A stretch of 64,000 nucleotides of DNA from Octopus bimaculoides (taxonomy: Eukaryota). Under the pieces are notes generated by a model, which worked only from the letters and a program-made list of their open reading frames with translations, was not told the DNA's origin and did not search any database. Position 1 is the stretch's first letter. Each line of letters begins with the position of its first letter. The translations under genes were made by a program, and so were the position numbers. Location of the stretch: contig NC_068986.1 in assembly GCF_001194135.2 (NCBI RefSeq), positions 89,290,306 to 89,354,305 on the forward strand, given 5' to 3'. Positions 51,040-63,869 of this stretch are shown here, piece by piece.

Positions 51040-52930
51040 TCAAAGCTACCCTATACTAAAAGCAATTATTATGGTTATTCCTGAAATCAATATTTTAGTA
51101 AACAATGGAGCGTTGAAAACACTCCTTGCAGTAGTGATTTTGGCTCATCATATCCCTAGAGTTTATCAATCGATTATCGAGTCGTGAGTTGATATGAAAC
51201 CCCACTATATGATATGGTTGTATTTAAGTTAGTATAATTGACATTAGTAATTTTGTTAAAGTTACAATTATTTTATTAGTAATTAATCTATGAAATTTAA
51301 AGGAAAACTGAGACTGCGAAAATATGAACTATTCCTGCAACTTAACTGTAATCTCAAAGGATTAATTTCAATTAAGTTATATCGGGTCGTCAAAATCTAA
51401 TTACACATTATACCACATAAGTAAACTAATCATGATTGCTAGAATCGTGGCTTTCTCCTGTTTCACAATCTTCCATGGTACTCTTTCATAGCGAATTGAT
51501 AGAAATTTGTAGCGAATTGATAGAATTCAGATTAATTGGATGAGGACACATTTGATGTGAATATATTCATAATGATATATTAGGTTTAAAGTGCATAATA
51601 AGTTTTACTTTCACAATATAACAACTTTCTTTTCAGGGTGATATATATACCTGAAGGTTGAAAATACTAGAAGTACTACTGAGGTAAGTTCTATATTTCT
51701 AACATTAATTCATCAAATCGCATTATCAATTTCATATTGCTTGTACTTCATCATTACATCTTTTTCAATTACTGGGTGTTGAAGATATGACTTTTGCAGG
51801 CCCTCAATGCAAAGTGAGCTTGATGCAGCTGGGGTTCCATTTAAATGGCTGGGGTTCAATTCCTGCAGGAAAGAGATGAGCAGGGAGAAGATTCCAAATG
51901 GCCTATGTTCTGAAGAAGAAAGATTAGGCATGATGCTGTTGTGCGAGCCAGACACAAAGGTAACGGGAGGTGAAGAGACGAGAGGCACAGGAAAGCCAAA
52001 TGGAATAGATACGGGACTAACTATCTCCGATGGTGTGAAGCTGTGATAACAGATTTAGAAAAGGCAGGGGGAGTAAACCTTTTGTATGTGGGTGATTTAA
52101 TGTCAATACTCGAATATTTGTGAGTATATACCAGCAGCAATATCCGCGGCAGAGCGTGAGCACACTATTGTAGTCCTCATTTTCACTTTACCTTGTTTAC
52201 TGTTGACATATTTTCTGGACTTGAAATAAAGAAGAGCTAATGAAGCTCCTCCACTATAATAAATCCCTTAAAATTTGGAGTGACTGTGAGGGCAGTAGCT
52301 CCCTTCTGCTCGGTTTCAGTGTGAACTCATGGTGTTTTCTCAAATAGCATATAATGTCAATGATATAGCATGGGATATATGAGCGATATCTCCTCAATGT
52401 GCCTGCTCACAACTATAATACCGCTCCGTTAATAAACATAATAAGATATATGCAATATATATTTAATATTTTGTTGTAATGTAGTTTCCATCCTACACAG
52501 CTATGTGTCAATATTAACACTAATGAAACGCCATCAAGAGATGTACGTAGGATTTCAATATAATATACAATGTCGTTACTCATGTAGTAACATGACATTT
52601 ACATATTGATTGCCATTATTATTACTTAATCGTTAATAGAATAATATCAGTGCAACGCTTCATGTAGGTATAATAGGATATGATTTAAGTTTTATAATCA
52701 GAAAGCAGATAATACCTTGACCGTTCCAAGGCCTTTGAAAGTTAGAAGGCGAGAGGAGATATTTTCAATCAGAAAACTGTATGCTTACAATAGAATGAAC
52801 TCAACTAAATGCATTTAAGAATCAATTGGTGATATCAAACTAAGTGTTTAATAGGACCGCTGTAAAAGTAACTAGAATTACATTGTGAACCAAAACATTA
52901 CTTTTTGCAATTTCATTACCAAAGTCGCAT
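51040..52930 (+). repeat. Copy 1 of a diverged ~1.9 kb direct duplication
   Basis: Collinear anchors with 56520-58390, e.g. TGCGAAAATRTGAAC, TTGGATGAGGA, CTCCTCAA..TGCCTGCT, GAAAAC..ATGCTTACAAT, TGAACCAAA.CATTAC. Confidence 0.85.
51637..51683 (+). CDS. Candidate penultimate exon; joined to module 11 it encodes R then TGA (51639-51641)
   Basis: Strong TTTCTTTTCAG acceptor and GAG/GTAAGT donor. Both sites are conserved in the paralogous copy at 57055-57095. Confidence 0.45.
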
Positions 52931-53032
52931 TAATAGATAATACTGTATTGCATAAGATAAATATACCTTCTCTATTTTAAATCACTCTTCAAAACAAATG
53001 TTTATCGCTATATTTTTCCATTCTCTTTACAG

Positions 53033-53098
53033 GTCTTATTCCGATTAGCAATCAATCCTGAAGGTTATGGCACTCAATTAAAATTCCTATAAAATAAA
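53033..53098 (+). CDS. Candidate terminal exon (SLIPISNQS* if joined directly to module 11) with AATAAA at 53093-53098
   Basis: Long polypyrimidine tract + TTTACAG acceptor, phase-1 stop at 53059-53061, AATAAA ~30 nt later, then GT-rich sequence. Confidence 0.5.
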
Positions 53099-56000
53099 AT
53101 TGAATTTTTAAATAATTACCCGTGTGTGTGTGTTATTTTGCAATCTTCTTCAAATAAGGATAGTCGGTAAAAAATTCTACATCGTTATTTGATGTTGCTG
53201 TATGTGGTAGTGAAGGCCAAAGTGTGCAAATTCAAAAGTATCAGATATTCATAATGTAGGGAATATATATTATATATTCAGATATATATATATATAATGT
53301 AGAGACCACATTATTACATAGTGTAGTGACATAATGAAGGGATTCTACATTATTTATAATAACGACTCTACATTATATATAATGTAGAGTCAACGCCAAA
53401 GTGTGTAGATTGAAAAGTTTCAGATATACATAACGTAAAACTATATAGGGTTCAGTCCTTAAGCAGAGCTTTTATTCTGTATATCTGCCGTTAAATTCAA
53501 TGACACACTTCTCTGTCCCAACTACAGTTACCATGTTTCAAAGCTACAGTAATACATATGTTAGATGCCATTGCTCGAGTAGCATGGTGTTGCTTCTGAT
53601 ATTTCTGTTCAATAGTAGGGCAATATTTCCTGTACGACTTTAACTTTTGTAGGGTGTAAAGAAAAACTGTAATTTATTTATCAGCAGAAAGGTGTTTATT
53701 GGTGAATATTTAGAACTTTTGCGTGGAAAAAAGTCTCGCATTGTAGTAAATACTAATATATCATGTTTGTCTTCTTAGTAAACTGGAACATGTAATACAT
53801 ACAAATATATCATCTTTATACTTTATCAAATACTTTTGGTCCACCTTGCAAACCAATAATGAAAGATCTTATGGTTACTGTTTAATAACTAAAGTATGTA
53901 CAAACAATAGCATTACGCTGATATATTTGTTATTTGTTTTCTTAATAGAATTCTCACGTGACAAAATAAGTGAAACTTCTCAAAATGCGTGTAATATATG
54001 TTTATTATTGTCGGAGAACACATAAATGAATTGACATTATAAAATGTTCAATTTTATTTCCAAGTGTTTAAATCGTGAATTATATCAGGCAATTTATATT
54101 TCTAATTCCGTTAAGCACTAACTTTGTGGTAGTGCTTGAGATGTGGAGATAGAACTAATAAGTATGTGAATACTTAGTCATTGATTTACACTGTTAACCT
54201 CAAGATCAATATGCTGGAAATACTGAAATAAAACGTTCCTATGAAATTACAGAGTTTGAAATCTTTAAGTTTCAAATATATCAACAAACATTAGTGAAGA
54301 AAGAGGGAGTTTATTATTTTCAAAGCAAATTGATTATAACACATTGTTATATGATATACGTAAAATGTATAAACGAAATGCAATATAGCAATCGGATTTA
54401 TCAATGTAACTATAATTTTTATATAATCACATTATCTATCAAAGAGTAAATTTGCATTTCGAGGAATTCTGGGAAGTAGTATGCATACGAATAATAAAAC
54501 GTGAACACGACTGAAAACATATCAACATGCGAAGTAATGTAGAGATTACGCAAAATCAAACAATGGGAAGGTACTAGCAACTGGTAAAAGCACACTCATC
54601 TAGTCTAAACATTACCTGGGAAATGTAAGGCGTTAGAAAATATATTGAACGCCTTGCCGAAGAGAGGACACCGTACTGACTCACTGAGTGGAAATCCGTT
54701 TTAACGGATAATATCATTAAAGTACTAACAAACATTATGTAAAGAAGAAAAAATCATAAACGATTAATACAAAATCATCATGAATATATATCTGAATATG
54801 TGTTCAGATCATATGTGAATATTCAGATCATATTCGCATCATGAATATATATCTGGTTTCGAAAAATCATTTTCAGAAGATATGAATGGATGTTGCGAAG
54901 TGTTAAATCCCAGGTAGTGTGCCTACAAGATAGTAACTAGCTGATAGTACGTGTATTCACTTTGTCCTTGAATTCTTCAAGAAAACTGCGTAAAAATTTG
55001 TAAATAATTTAAGTTCAAATTACGATAAACGCAAACAAACAAACGAAGTTTGCTTTTAGGAGCGTTGAGATGTCTTGGAAAGTTAAAGAAGTGATTTTAA
55101 ATTCTCAAACGCAGGATAATGCTAATAATATAGCCTGAACAGGATAAACTACCCCTATTTTGCAGAAAAAAAGTGTAGGCGGTTAGCTATGAGACGTAAA
55201 TAAGTTGCACTAACATCCTGCGCGTACACCGAGTACATTGGCATAGATCTAGAATTGCTTCCTTGAAGTGTACTAGATTTAACGGGAAAAAGTAACAGAT
55301 TTATGCTATCGATCTAAAAATGACACATATCGACGAAAATATGACTCGAACTAACAACTGGTGTATCATTAAATACATAGACACATGTCCACAAATGTGC
55401 GATTACAACGAGGCTTCTTAAAAGATTCACTCTAGTTATTTCTTATACTGTTTATCGGTGAGCACATGCTTTTTCATGTCAGAACATAGCAGATTTCTTC
55501 CACCTAGACGATGCCTTATTCGTAAACACGGAGCTGTTTCAATTCCTCTGGAAATATGTTTTACTCTGACCGGTGACATTGTTATGGAAAGGAATCATCC
55601 ATTGGTGACATGTTAAGTGCACATTTTATTTTGTTGTACACATCGGCAGAGTAAGAACTTAGAATTTAGCTGGCTACCATTGATAAACACCATCCTTCAA
55701 AGATACTACCTCAATTCAAGCCTGCCTTACACAATGAATAATTATTAGTAGCGGCACTCGTGAATATTTCACGGAATTAATGGTAAACCTATTTCTACAA
55801 ATTTCATTCAAAAAACCTGAAAGCGTGGCCTGTGTTGTGTTTGTATGGAAAGATAATCGCTTGTCTGCTACTCATTGAAAAGTGAAAGAAATTGGAATAC
55901 AATGATTATTTAATGCACTTTATATACACATTTTATACACTTTATGCACAATTTCATAGACTTAATACGCAGCACTCACAAAATAAAATTTGACTCTTAT

Positions 56001-56519
56001 TTTTCTGTTTTTCTCATATACAAAAAAAAATATCCCGTAAATATGATACAACCTTTAGTTAAGTTGCATATATCTGCCACGTAAATAAGCGTGAATATTT
56101 CACGGAATTGCACTTATACGCATACGTTAAGTGATAGGTGATACAAAAAAACACTTAGTACAATTTTTTAAAAATTACTTTCCCTATCCAATCACCACAA
56201 CCTCCATCACCACCATCACCGCTACCACCCCCTTCATCTCTCTCTCCCTCCTTTCTCTCCCCTCTTTCTCTTCCTCCCCTCTCTCTCTCTCTCGCCCTCT
56301 TTCTCCCCTCTCTGTCATTCTTTAACCTCCCCATCAGAACATCACCCCCTGCTAAAATCATTACTTTTCCTCTCCCTCAAGTCATGGACGCTTCTCTCTC
56401 CCTCTTTTTCTTTCTCTCTCTTTCTGTTTCACTCATCGCGTTATTCTCTTTTATTCTCTCTTTTCTTTCTCTCTTTCCTTTCAACTAACCACGTGAAAGC
56501 GTTACAATTGCATCCCCAC

Positions 56520-58390
56520 GGGCTAAGTAACGCAATAACAAGCAGAATTATTACAAGATTATCATTTCTAAAAATCAATTAATAATGTAGCACTGAAAGC
56601 ACATTTTTCAGTGGTTTTGGCCCAGTAATTTCTTTGAGTTCGTCAATTGATGTTCGAATTATAAACTGGTATGATAACCATAGACAAATTGGTATCCATA
56701 TACTAATATAAGTCCATATAATTAGCGTTAGTAATTTTAATTAAATGTACACGAATTTTATTGTACTTAATACATAAAACTTGAAATGCGAAAATGTGAA
56801 CCATCCTCAGAATTTAATTGTTCTCATACAGTCAAAGAGTTAAATCCAATTAATTTGTAAAGTTAGCCAATCGTCAGAGCCAGACCTAAATCACAAACTT
56901 ACGCATTATATTACTGATTGCATCCAATTAATATATTACAGATTCCTTGGATGAGGAGATATTTTATGTGAATATATTTATAAAGACAGTTTCTATTAGC
57001 TTATAGTTTGCATTAGCTTTCGCTTTTACAATATATCAAACTCTTTTTTTGCAGTTTGGACACAAACCTGAATATAGAAAACACTGGCTGTACAAGTGAG
57101 TTAAATACAATATTTCTAACGCTAATTCATCAACGTTACTGTGACTGTAATGTCAATTAAAGATCGCTTTGATTTCATTATAATTTTGCTAATATTTTTA
57201 GTTGCTGGGTGGAGAAGATGTGACTTTTGCTGACCCTCTGTCTTTAGTGAGTCTGGTGCCGTTGAGGGCCCATTTCAACTTTTGTATTTCGATTCCTACA
57301 GGAAAGACAAGAGACGCGGGAGAAATTCCTAATGGCTGATCTTCTGGAGTATAAGACATGATGCAGCTTCGTGAGAAAAGTAAACTGGTTGCGAGGAATG
57401 GAGAGGCAATTGAACCGGGAATGCTTGGTTGGAAGGAGTACGGGAGTAACCAGCCCCTGGAGACAAGCTTTTATAGCAGTTTTAGAAAAGACGGGGGAGG
57501 TAGGCGGGATGTCTGTGAGTGAGAGCCTAGAGCGCTTTTGTGAGTGATGTCACGCCAATTAGACGAACAGCTATCTTGAGGATGCGATCGATTACATAGA
57601 GGCAACAGTATTCCAAATACTGAGTCAATATTTCATTGTGGTCACCACTTTAGCTTTTCATTTTTAAGGGTTGAAATATTTTGTAAGCCTGAAAAGAAGA
57701 GCCTGTCTTAAGAACACTGGCCTAGTTGTGTTAAAACTGACTTCTCACCAAAGGAGAACCTCGGCGATAGTGTAGACCTCTAGAATTTGGAGCCATTGTG
57801 AGGGCTCTTGCTGAGAGCAGCTCATGTTTAGTGTGAGCATGGTATACGTGAGCGAGGTCTCCTCAAAATGCCTGCTTATAACTAACAAACCACTCAGTTA
57901 AAAAATGTGAATAAAATATGTGCAATATATATTTAATAGCCCATTATAATGTGGTTTCCATACTTCTGGAATAGCAAAGTGATTACCTCTAATACAATGA
58001 CATCAAAAGAACTAAAAAGGATATCATTATATAATAAAACTTACTCATGTGATAACACGAGATTCTATTATTGATAACTTTGATTATTCCTAAATTATTA
58101 CAAGAATATCAATGCAATGTAGTGGTACTTCACATAGTTACAATGTGATATAATTTAAGTTTTATAGTCAAGAAGAAAACAGCCCCTTGCTGTGTGAAGG
58201 CCACTGAAAGTAGTTGGAAAGGAGATATTCTCAAACCGAAAACCTGATGCTTACAATCAAGTGGATTTTACTAAAAGCATTCAAATACCAGATGGTGATG
58301 TTAAACTAAGTAAGCATTGTCATAATAAACAGCCTCTCATGATGAACCAAATCATTACCATTTGGAATATCATTACAAAAATAATACAAG
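56520..58390 (+). repeat. Copy 2 of the ~1.9 kb duplication, containing an exon-like 57055-57095
   Basis: See copy 1. Acceptor TTTTTGCAG and donor GTGAGT are retained. Confidence 0.85.
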
Positions 58391-58554
58391 CTGCGGCAAA
58401 ATGATCTGACACATTTGTAGGTTTAATAGAAGTAAAATAAAGTAAAGAACCAAAAATGGGTTTTTATTTTCGCGATGTACATATAATGCCATTTTGTTTC
58501 AATAGGTGCAATTTGTGATATTTTGTTTCATTTTGTTTTCACTTGCCGACATGT

Positions 58555-58830
58555 ATCGGACGGGTGACCATCGCGCTTTTATTTTAGAAACGTTTATCAA
58601 GAACAACGAATCCGTAACTGCAACATGAAGAGCGTTCCGTGTGCACTTAAAGTTAGGTGGACACGATCTCGTACCTATTAATTTGGGGTCCGTACTTCTT
58701 TGAAGAAGACAATGTTATAGTGACTGTGAATTCTGATTGATTTTGTGTGATGCTTGAGACTTTTCTGAAACCGAAATTGAATGAACTTGATGGGAACAAT
58801 GTTTGGTTTCAATGCCCTTCCTGAATTTCT
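58555..58830 (+). mobile_element. Internally deleted Tc1/mariner-superfamily remnant (DUF4817-type HTH)
   Basis: HRAFILETFIKNNESVTAT*RAFRVHLKLGGHDLVP fused to GPYFFEEDNVIVTVNS..MLETFLKPKL...VWFQ. Confidence 0.7.
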
Positions 58831-59749
58831 TGAATGGGATTTCTTTTCTGGTCGAGAGGTACTGGCTTCTTTATATTAGGCAAACAATGGAATTACTGTA
58901 GTCACATCACCTCAATTTACAGCTTACCGGTTTAGCCTCTCATCAATCTGGGCTTGTATTTTTGCACGTGATCATTGTGTGTCTGTTTATTTCATAATCG
59001 TGTGATTCTATAAGTCATTCCACATTCATCATTTATGGTTTTTAGGCAATTCTGTATAGCATATGTGTTGATCACTAACGTTTTCCCATATAATTTTGTT
59101 CTTTATGTTCTCGTGCAATGCTATACTTCCTGGTTATCAACACGCACTAACATCAGGAGCAATTGCATTGTACTGCACAATGCAAAATGAATTATCATGT
59201 GATTGAATAATACACAAATACGCGAGCTCTTCGCTTAATTCTCAAGCCTACTCAGCCTAACACACTATGTACCAAGGCTGCACCCATGAACTAAATGTAC
59301 AATCCAGACATGCTTTCACTGTGCCTGTTTCACTCAATTTCATTCACAGAGCTTGGATTAACTCGAGGCCTAAGTGAGAAGTACTGCTCCAAATGCCATA
59401 CAGTGGGATCAAACTTGAAACCGCATGATTACGAAGCAAACTTCTATATCTGTACCTAAAAATTGTACTCTCTGACATTCATACGCATATACAGTGGTGT
59501 GTATTCTAGAGATATACGCTTGTGATATAGCCACATTAAAATAATGTTATATTTCTGTGTCTTATTTGTACGCGTTTCATTACGATTGTATATGAGTCTG
59601 TATTTTTTTTTTTTTCGATTTTGTTGTGGGTGAATACGAACGTGAGTTTTTACGAGGTAACCAAATTCTCTGATTTCTAGTTGACTTTTCATATAACTAC
59701 TCGCAAATGGAGATATGAAATGCTTGTTATTATACACGCACAAACACTC

Positions 59750-59978
59750 ACATATACATATATATATATATATATACATGTACCTACAGGGGACATGCAC
59801 ATATATACACACATACACACACGTACACACATGCTCACACATATATACACACATGATAAAAGTAACAACGCAAAAATAAACGTATACATATATGTATGCC
59901 TGAATATATATAGGTATATATATATATATATATATATNNNNNNNNNNNNNNNNNNNNNNNNNNNNNNNNNNNNNNNNN

Positions 59979-60010
<32 letters not shown>

Positions 60011-60058
60011 CTGTGTGTATATGTGTGCCTGTGTGTGTGTACATATATAGATATATGT

Positions 60059-60093
<35 letters not shown>

Positions 60094-60134
60094 ATTATAT
60101 ATATGTGTACATATATATATGTATGTATGAACAG

Positions 60135-60173
<39 letters not shown>

Positions 60174-60265
60174 CGTGTGTGTGTACATATATGCATGAAC
60201 AGATGTATATATATACATATATACGCATGCATGTATGTATATATATACATATATATACATGTATG

Positions 60266-60330
<65 letters not shown>

Positions 60331-60380
60331 TTGTGTGAGAATATATATGCATATGTACTTATATATGTATGCATATAAAT
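59750..60380 (+). repeat. Compound (TA)n/(TG)n/(CA)n microsatellite with an assembly gap at 59938-59978
   Basis: Direct reading. Confidence 0.95.
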
Positions 60381-60629
60381 ACACATACATACAGAAAGAG
60401 AGTGAGAGAAAGAGAGAGTGAGTGGGAGAGTAATTGGGGGGGAGCCGTTTCCAAAAGTTTGCAATAACTGTCAACATACATTAAAAGAAGAGCCAGAAAG
60501 ATGGAACTTTGTAAAGAGCTTAATTTCACTTAGCCGACTAATTAAAGCAGCGCTAATCTTAATTAGGAACTGGCTTGCTGTGGAAGAAGCCGGGGTGATG
60601 ATACAGACGACAGTGGTGGAGGTTTTGAC

Positions 60630-60649
60630 AGAAGTAATGGTGGTGGTGG

Positions 60650-60680
<31 letters not shown>

Positions 60681-60900
60681 GCTGGTCCTGGTGCTGGTGA
60701 AAGGGTGACGTATACGGCGGAAGGAGCGTAGGAAAATGAAATAAAAATTTTGATGACGATGGTGGCAGTGGGTATGATGATGTGATGGTGGTGCTGGTGA
60801 TGATGAGGAGGAGGAGGACGACGACGACGACGAGGACGACGACGAAAAGAAGGAGGAGGATAGTGATGATAGTAGTGGTGGTAGTGGTGTTAGAGATGTC
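60630..60900 (+). repeat. (GGT)n/(GAT)n/(GAC)n trinucleotide low-complexity block
   Basis: Direct reading. Confidence 0.9.
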
Positions 60901-61269
60901 GATAATAAAAGGCAAGAAAACAAAAAAGCATAAAAAGATGAAGAAAGAAACATAAAGTTATGGAAAACCATGAAAAAAAAATTAGCAAAAGGAAACGAAA
61001 ATTAAAACAATTATATAAATTCAAAACAAAAAAGGAAAAGAAAGAAGAGAATATAAGAAAATATAAAAGAAAATATTAACAATTTAATGAGCAGATTATA
61101 AAGAGGAAAGCGTAGGCGAAAAGGGAGCTAGGAAGAGAAGCAAATAAAATATATAAATATAAATATATGAAAAAGTATATATTGAGAAACTAGAAAGAAA
61201 ATACATTTTGTTATAATTGAGCTGATTACGTCTGTTTTTGTCTGCTTAAAGACTCTCTCAATAATATGG

Positions 61270-61945
61270 TTTAAAGAAATTATTACATTATACCACATGG
61301 TTTTCTATGGGCCGACAATGCAGTCCTCGGGTTGCTGCTTCACCTGACATAACTCCACATGTCAGCAATGCACGAACACTGAACGAGTGTGTGCAGAACG
61401 GTTTCGTGGCTCTGCGCGCACCTCGGACAAGCCCGTCTGACAGCACATCGGTGCCTGTAGAGTTTATCTCGAACCGGTAGCGCCCCTTCCCCGGTAGCAT
61501 TACAAAGCCAAAGACATCTGGAAATTGTCCATAATAGTCTCCGACCGATAAGTCCTCCTGAACACACGTTAACCTTCTAGAAATCGGTGCAGGTGGCGCA
61601 ACCTAGGCGCATGTCTGTGCATCAAAATCCACGGCATGCCTAAGCCGCCAATCAGAGGGAGCTGGCAGCAGACAAACCCTCTGATCAGTGGAATGCATCC
61701 CTTCCTCAAGAACATGAACAAGAGACGCTCCAACTTGATCATACAGTAACTGAGGCAAGGCACAACGGTCAGACGATAAATAATAACGGATACGATGTAG
61801 GTATTCGCCATCTGTGCCCGACCTTTTAAGGACAGCTTCCTCTCTGCCTATTTCAGAGTAAGACTGGCCATCTTGTTCGACACCTCATCTCAATTCTTAT
61901 CCACCGGAAAAGCAGGACCGAACCAGACCGCAAGGGAAATTGGAA
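61270..61945 (-). mobile_element. Second L1/Tx1 LINE remnant of the same family as 42170-43290
   Basis: ANTYIVSVIIYRLTVVPC...GGLGMPW..RLRHL; CPRCAQSHETVLHTLVQC. Confidence 0.85.
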
Positions 61946-62349
61946 AGGTTTGAAATGATTTTATCAGCATTTACTTGTACTAAAGAGCACTTTTTCGATA
62001 GACAAGTTGATCTCATTAAGTATCGCGGGATGGAAATAAACGCAATTACCAAACTTTCATTGCATTATTTATTTATATTATTTATTTATTTATTTTTTCA
62101 TATATGTAAAACGACGTCCTTTATTTTTTAATCCTTATCTGCTGATATCAAAATAAGTAGTACATTGAAAAATAAAAATATTTACTAGGTGGCGGGGGCA
62201 TTTGTGACTCCAAGGTCAAAATGGGTTAAGAACCTTTGGTATAGACCATAATATAAGGTGTGAAAGGAGAACGCTTGCCGAACATTTGATAAATAGTGAC
62301 GAAGGTCTGCTACAATATACCGGGACCCATATTATTATTGATAATTTTA

Positions 62350-63600
62350 AATGTTATAGGTAGAACGATGGTGGTAATGATTATCACTGTGGTTGTGGAG
62401 GCGACACAATGCAAGCACGCTATTTATATATATATGCCAAAGATTGATTACTGCAATGAATATGTGGGCAGTTGCTGTGGTCAGATATAGTGCGTCCTTC
62501 ATCAAATGGACTAAGGAGGAAATATCAACACTGCATAAGAGGACGAGAAAGTTGATGACGCTGCATGGGGCGCTAAACCCCAAAGCAAACGTAAACAGAC
62601 TGTATATGAAAAGAAAGAATGGTGGCAGAGGACTATTCAGTATAGACCATTGTATAAGGAGTGAAAAGAGAACGCTCTCCAAGCATATCATAAATAGTGA
62701 AGACCTGCGGCAATATGCCACGAAAGATATGGGTGTAAATGCAGATGAAATGATGGGCAAGGAAGAGTTTAAACAAAGAGGTGAAGAGAAGAGAAAAGAA
62801 GACCTTCTTGAAATGAGAAGGCATGGACAATTTGAAAGGAATACACAAGACGTTAAGGATAATACAGCATCGAAGGCATGGCTTGAGCGAGGTGATTTGA
62901 AGAATACCACCGATAGCCTGTTTATTGCTGCACAAGGCCAGACTCTCGCCGCCAATTCACTGAAGTATAACATCTATAAAAGTTCTGATACCCAGAAATG
63001 CAGACTCTATGGAAAGAGTGTAGAAAATGTGACCCACTAGGTAAGTGGATGTGAGAACCTTGCACAAAAAGAATACAAGAGTCACCACGATAAAGTGTGT
63101 TTGCATCTTCATTGGCTTTGATGCTGTAAATACCAATATGAAGTAACAGGGAAGTGGTATGAGCATGTAGCAAGTAAAGTTAAGCAGGAGGATGGAAAAG
63201 TAACGATACTCTGGGGTTATGATTTTGAGACGGATCGTGTAATCGAACACCGTCGGCCGGATATTGCCATATTGAATAAGAGAGACAAATACTGTCAGAT
63301 CATTGATGTAGCCATACGAAATGGCATGAATGCTGTGAGTAAAGAGATAGAAAAAATGACCAAGTACTCCGAATTGAAAGTGGAAATAACAAGACTGTAT
63401 GGAATGCGAGAGGGTAATGTAAAAGTGATACCAGTGGTGATCGGAGCGTTGGGCTCAATCCAGTTGAAAATTCAAAACTTAAGGCAACTGGAAATCCCGT
63501 GCAAGGTTTATGTCTTGCAAAAAGCAGTTTTATAGGGCACAGCACACATCTTAAGGAAAGTATTATCTATCTGAGGTCCTTGTGGTAACTTGACAGATGA
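62350..63600 (+). mobile_element. R4/Dong-like non-LTR retrotransposon 3' part with restriction-like endonuclease
   Basis: RLYMKRKNGGRGL, HGQF, AAQGQ, CRL..ENVTH.VSGC, HDKV..LHW, RRPDI..IIDVAI..EKMTKY..L..VIPVVIGALG. Confidence 0.9.
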
Positions 63601-63869
63601 CTAAAAATTCCGGTGCATTTTTACCTACACTGTGTTGCGAAGGAATAATAATAATAATCCTATCTTCTAAAGGTACAAGGCCTGAAATTTGCGGTAAGGG
63701 GACTAGTCGATTATATCGCCCCCACTGTGTAGTGCTGTTTTTTTTGTTTTTTTGTTTTTTTTGCTGTTACCGCTTGTATTATGTGTTGAATGTGTAATGT
63801 TTTGGTTTTACGAATTGTTGGTGGAAGTTTATTTCACTGGGTAAATTTGTGAGGAGTAGGTAGTTGATG

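Larger units (their letters stand above)
3794..53061 (+). other. Gene model: probably secreted protein with 11 tandem six-cysteine modules (leader exons + 11 A/B exon pairs + terminal exon), ~724-732 aa
   Basis: 24 hand-identified exons with GT/AG boundaries and compatible phases give one stop-free ORF (2170 nt from ATG 3794 to 48522). Cys spacing repeats 11 times. The 5' and 3' ends are less certain than the module exons. Confidence 0.88.

Noticed and set aside
51713-52046. ORFs on both strands within duplication copy 1
   Set aside because: The reading frame is not preserved in copy 2 (57200-57500), which argues against coding constraint
59456-60477. Several 130-260 aa ORFs on both strands
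   Set aside because: They are translations of (TA)n/(TG)n/(CA)n microsatellite and span an N gap
60418-60971. Poly-Ser/Thr/His/Val ORFs resembling a mucin or membrane tail
   Set aside because: Open on both strands because of GGT/GAT/GAC repeats, with no convincing splice link to the module gene
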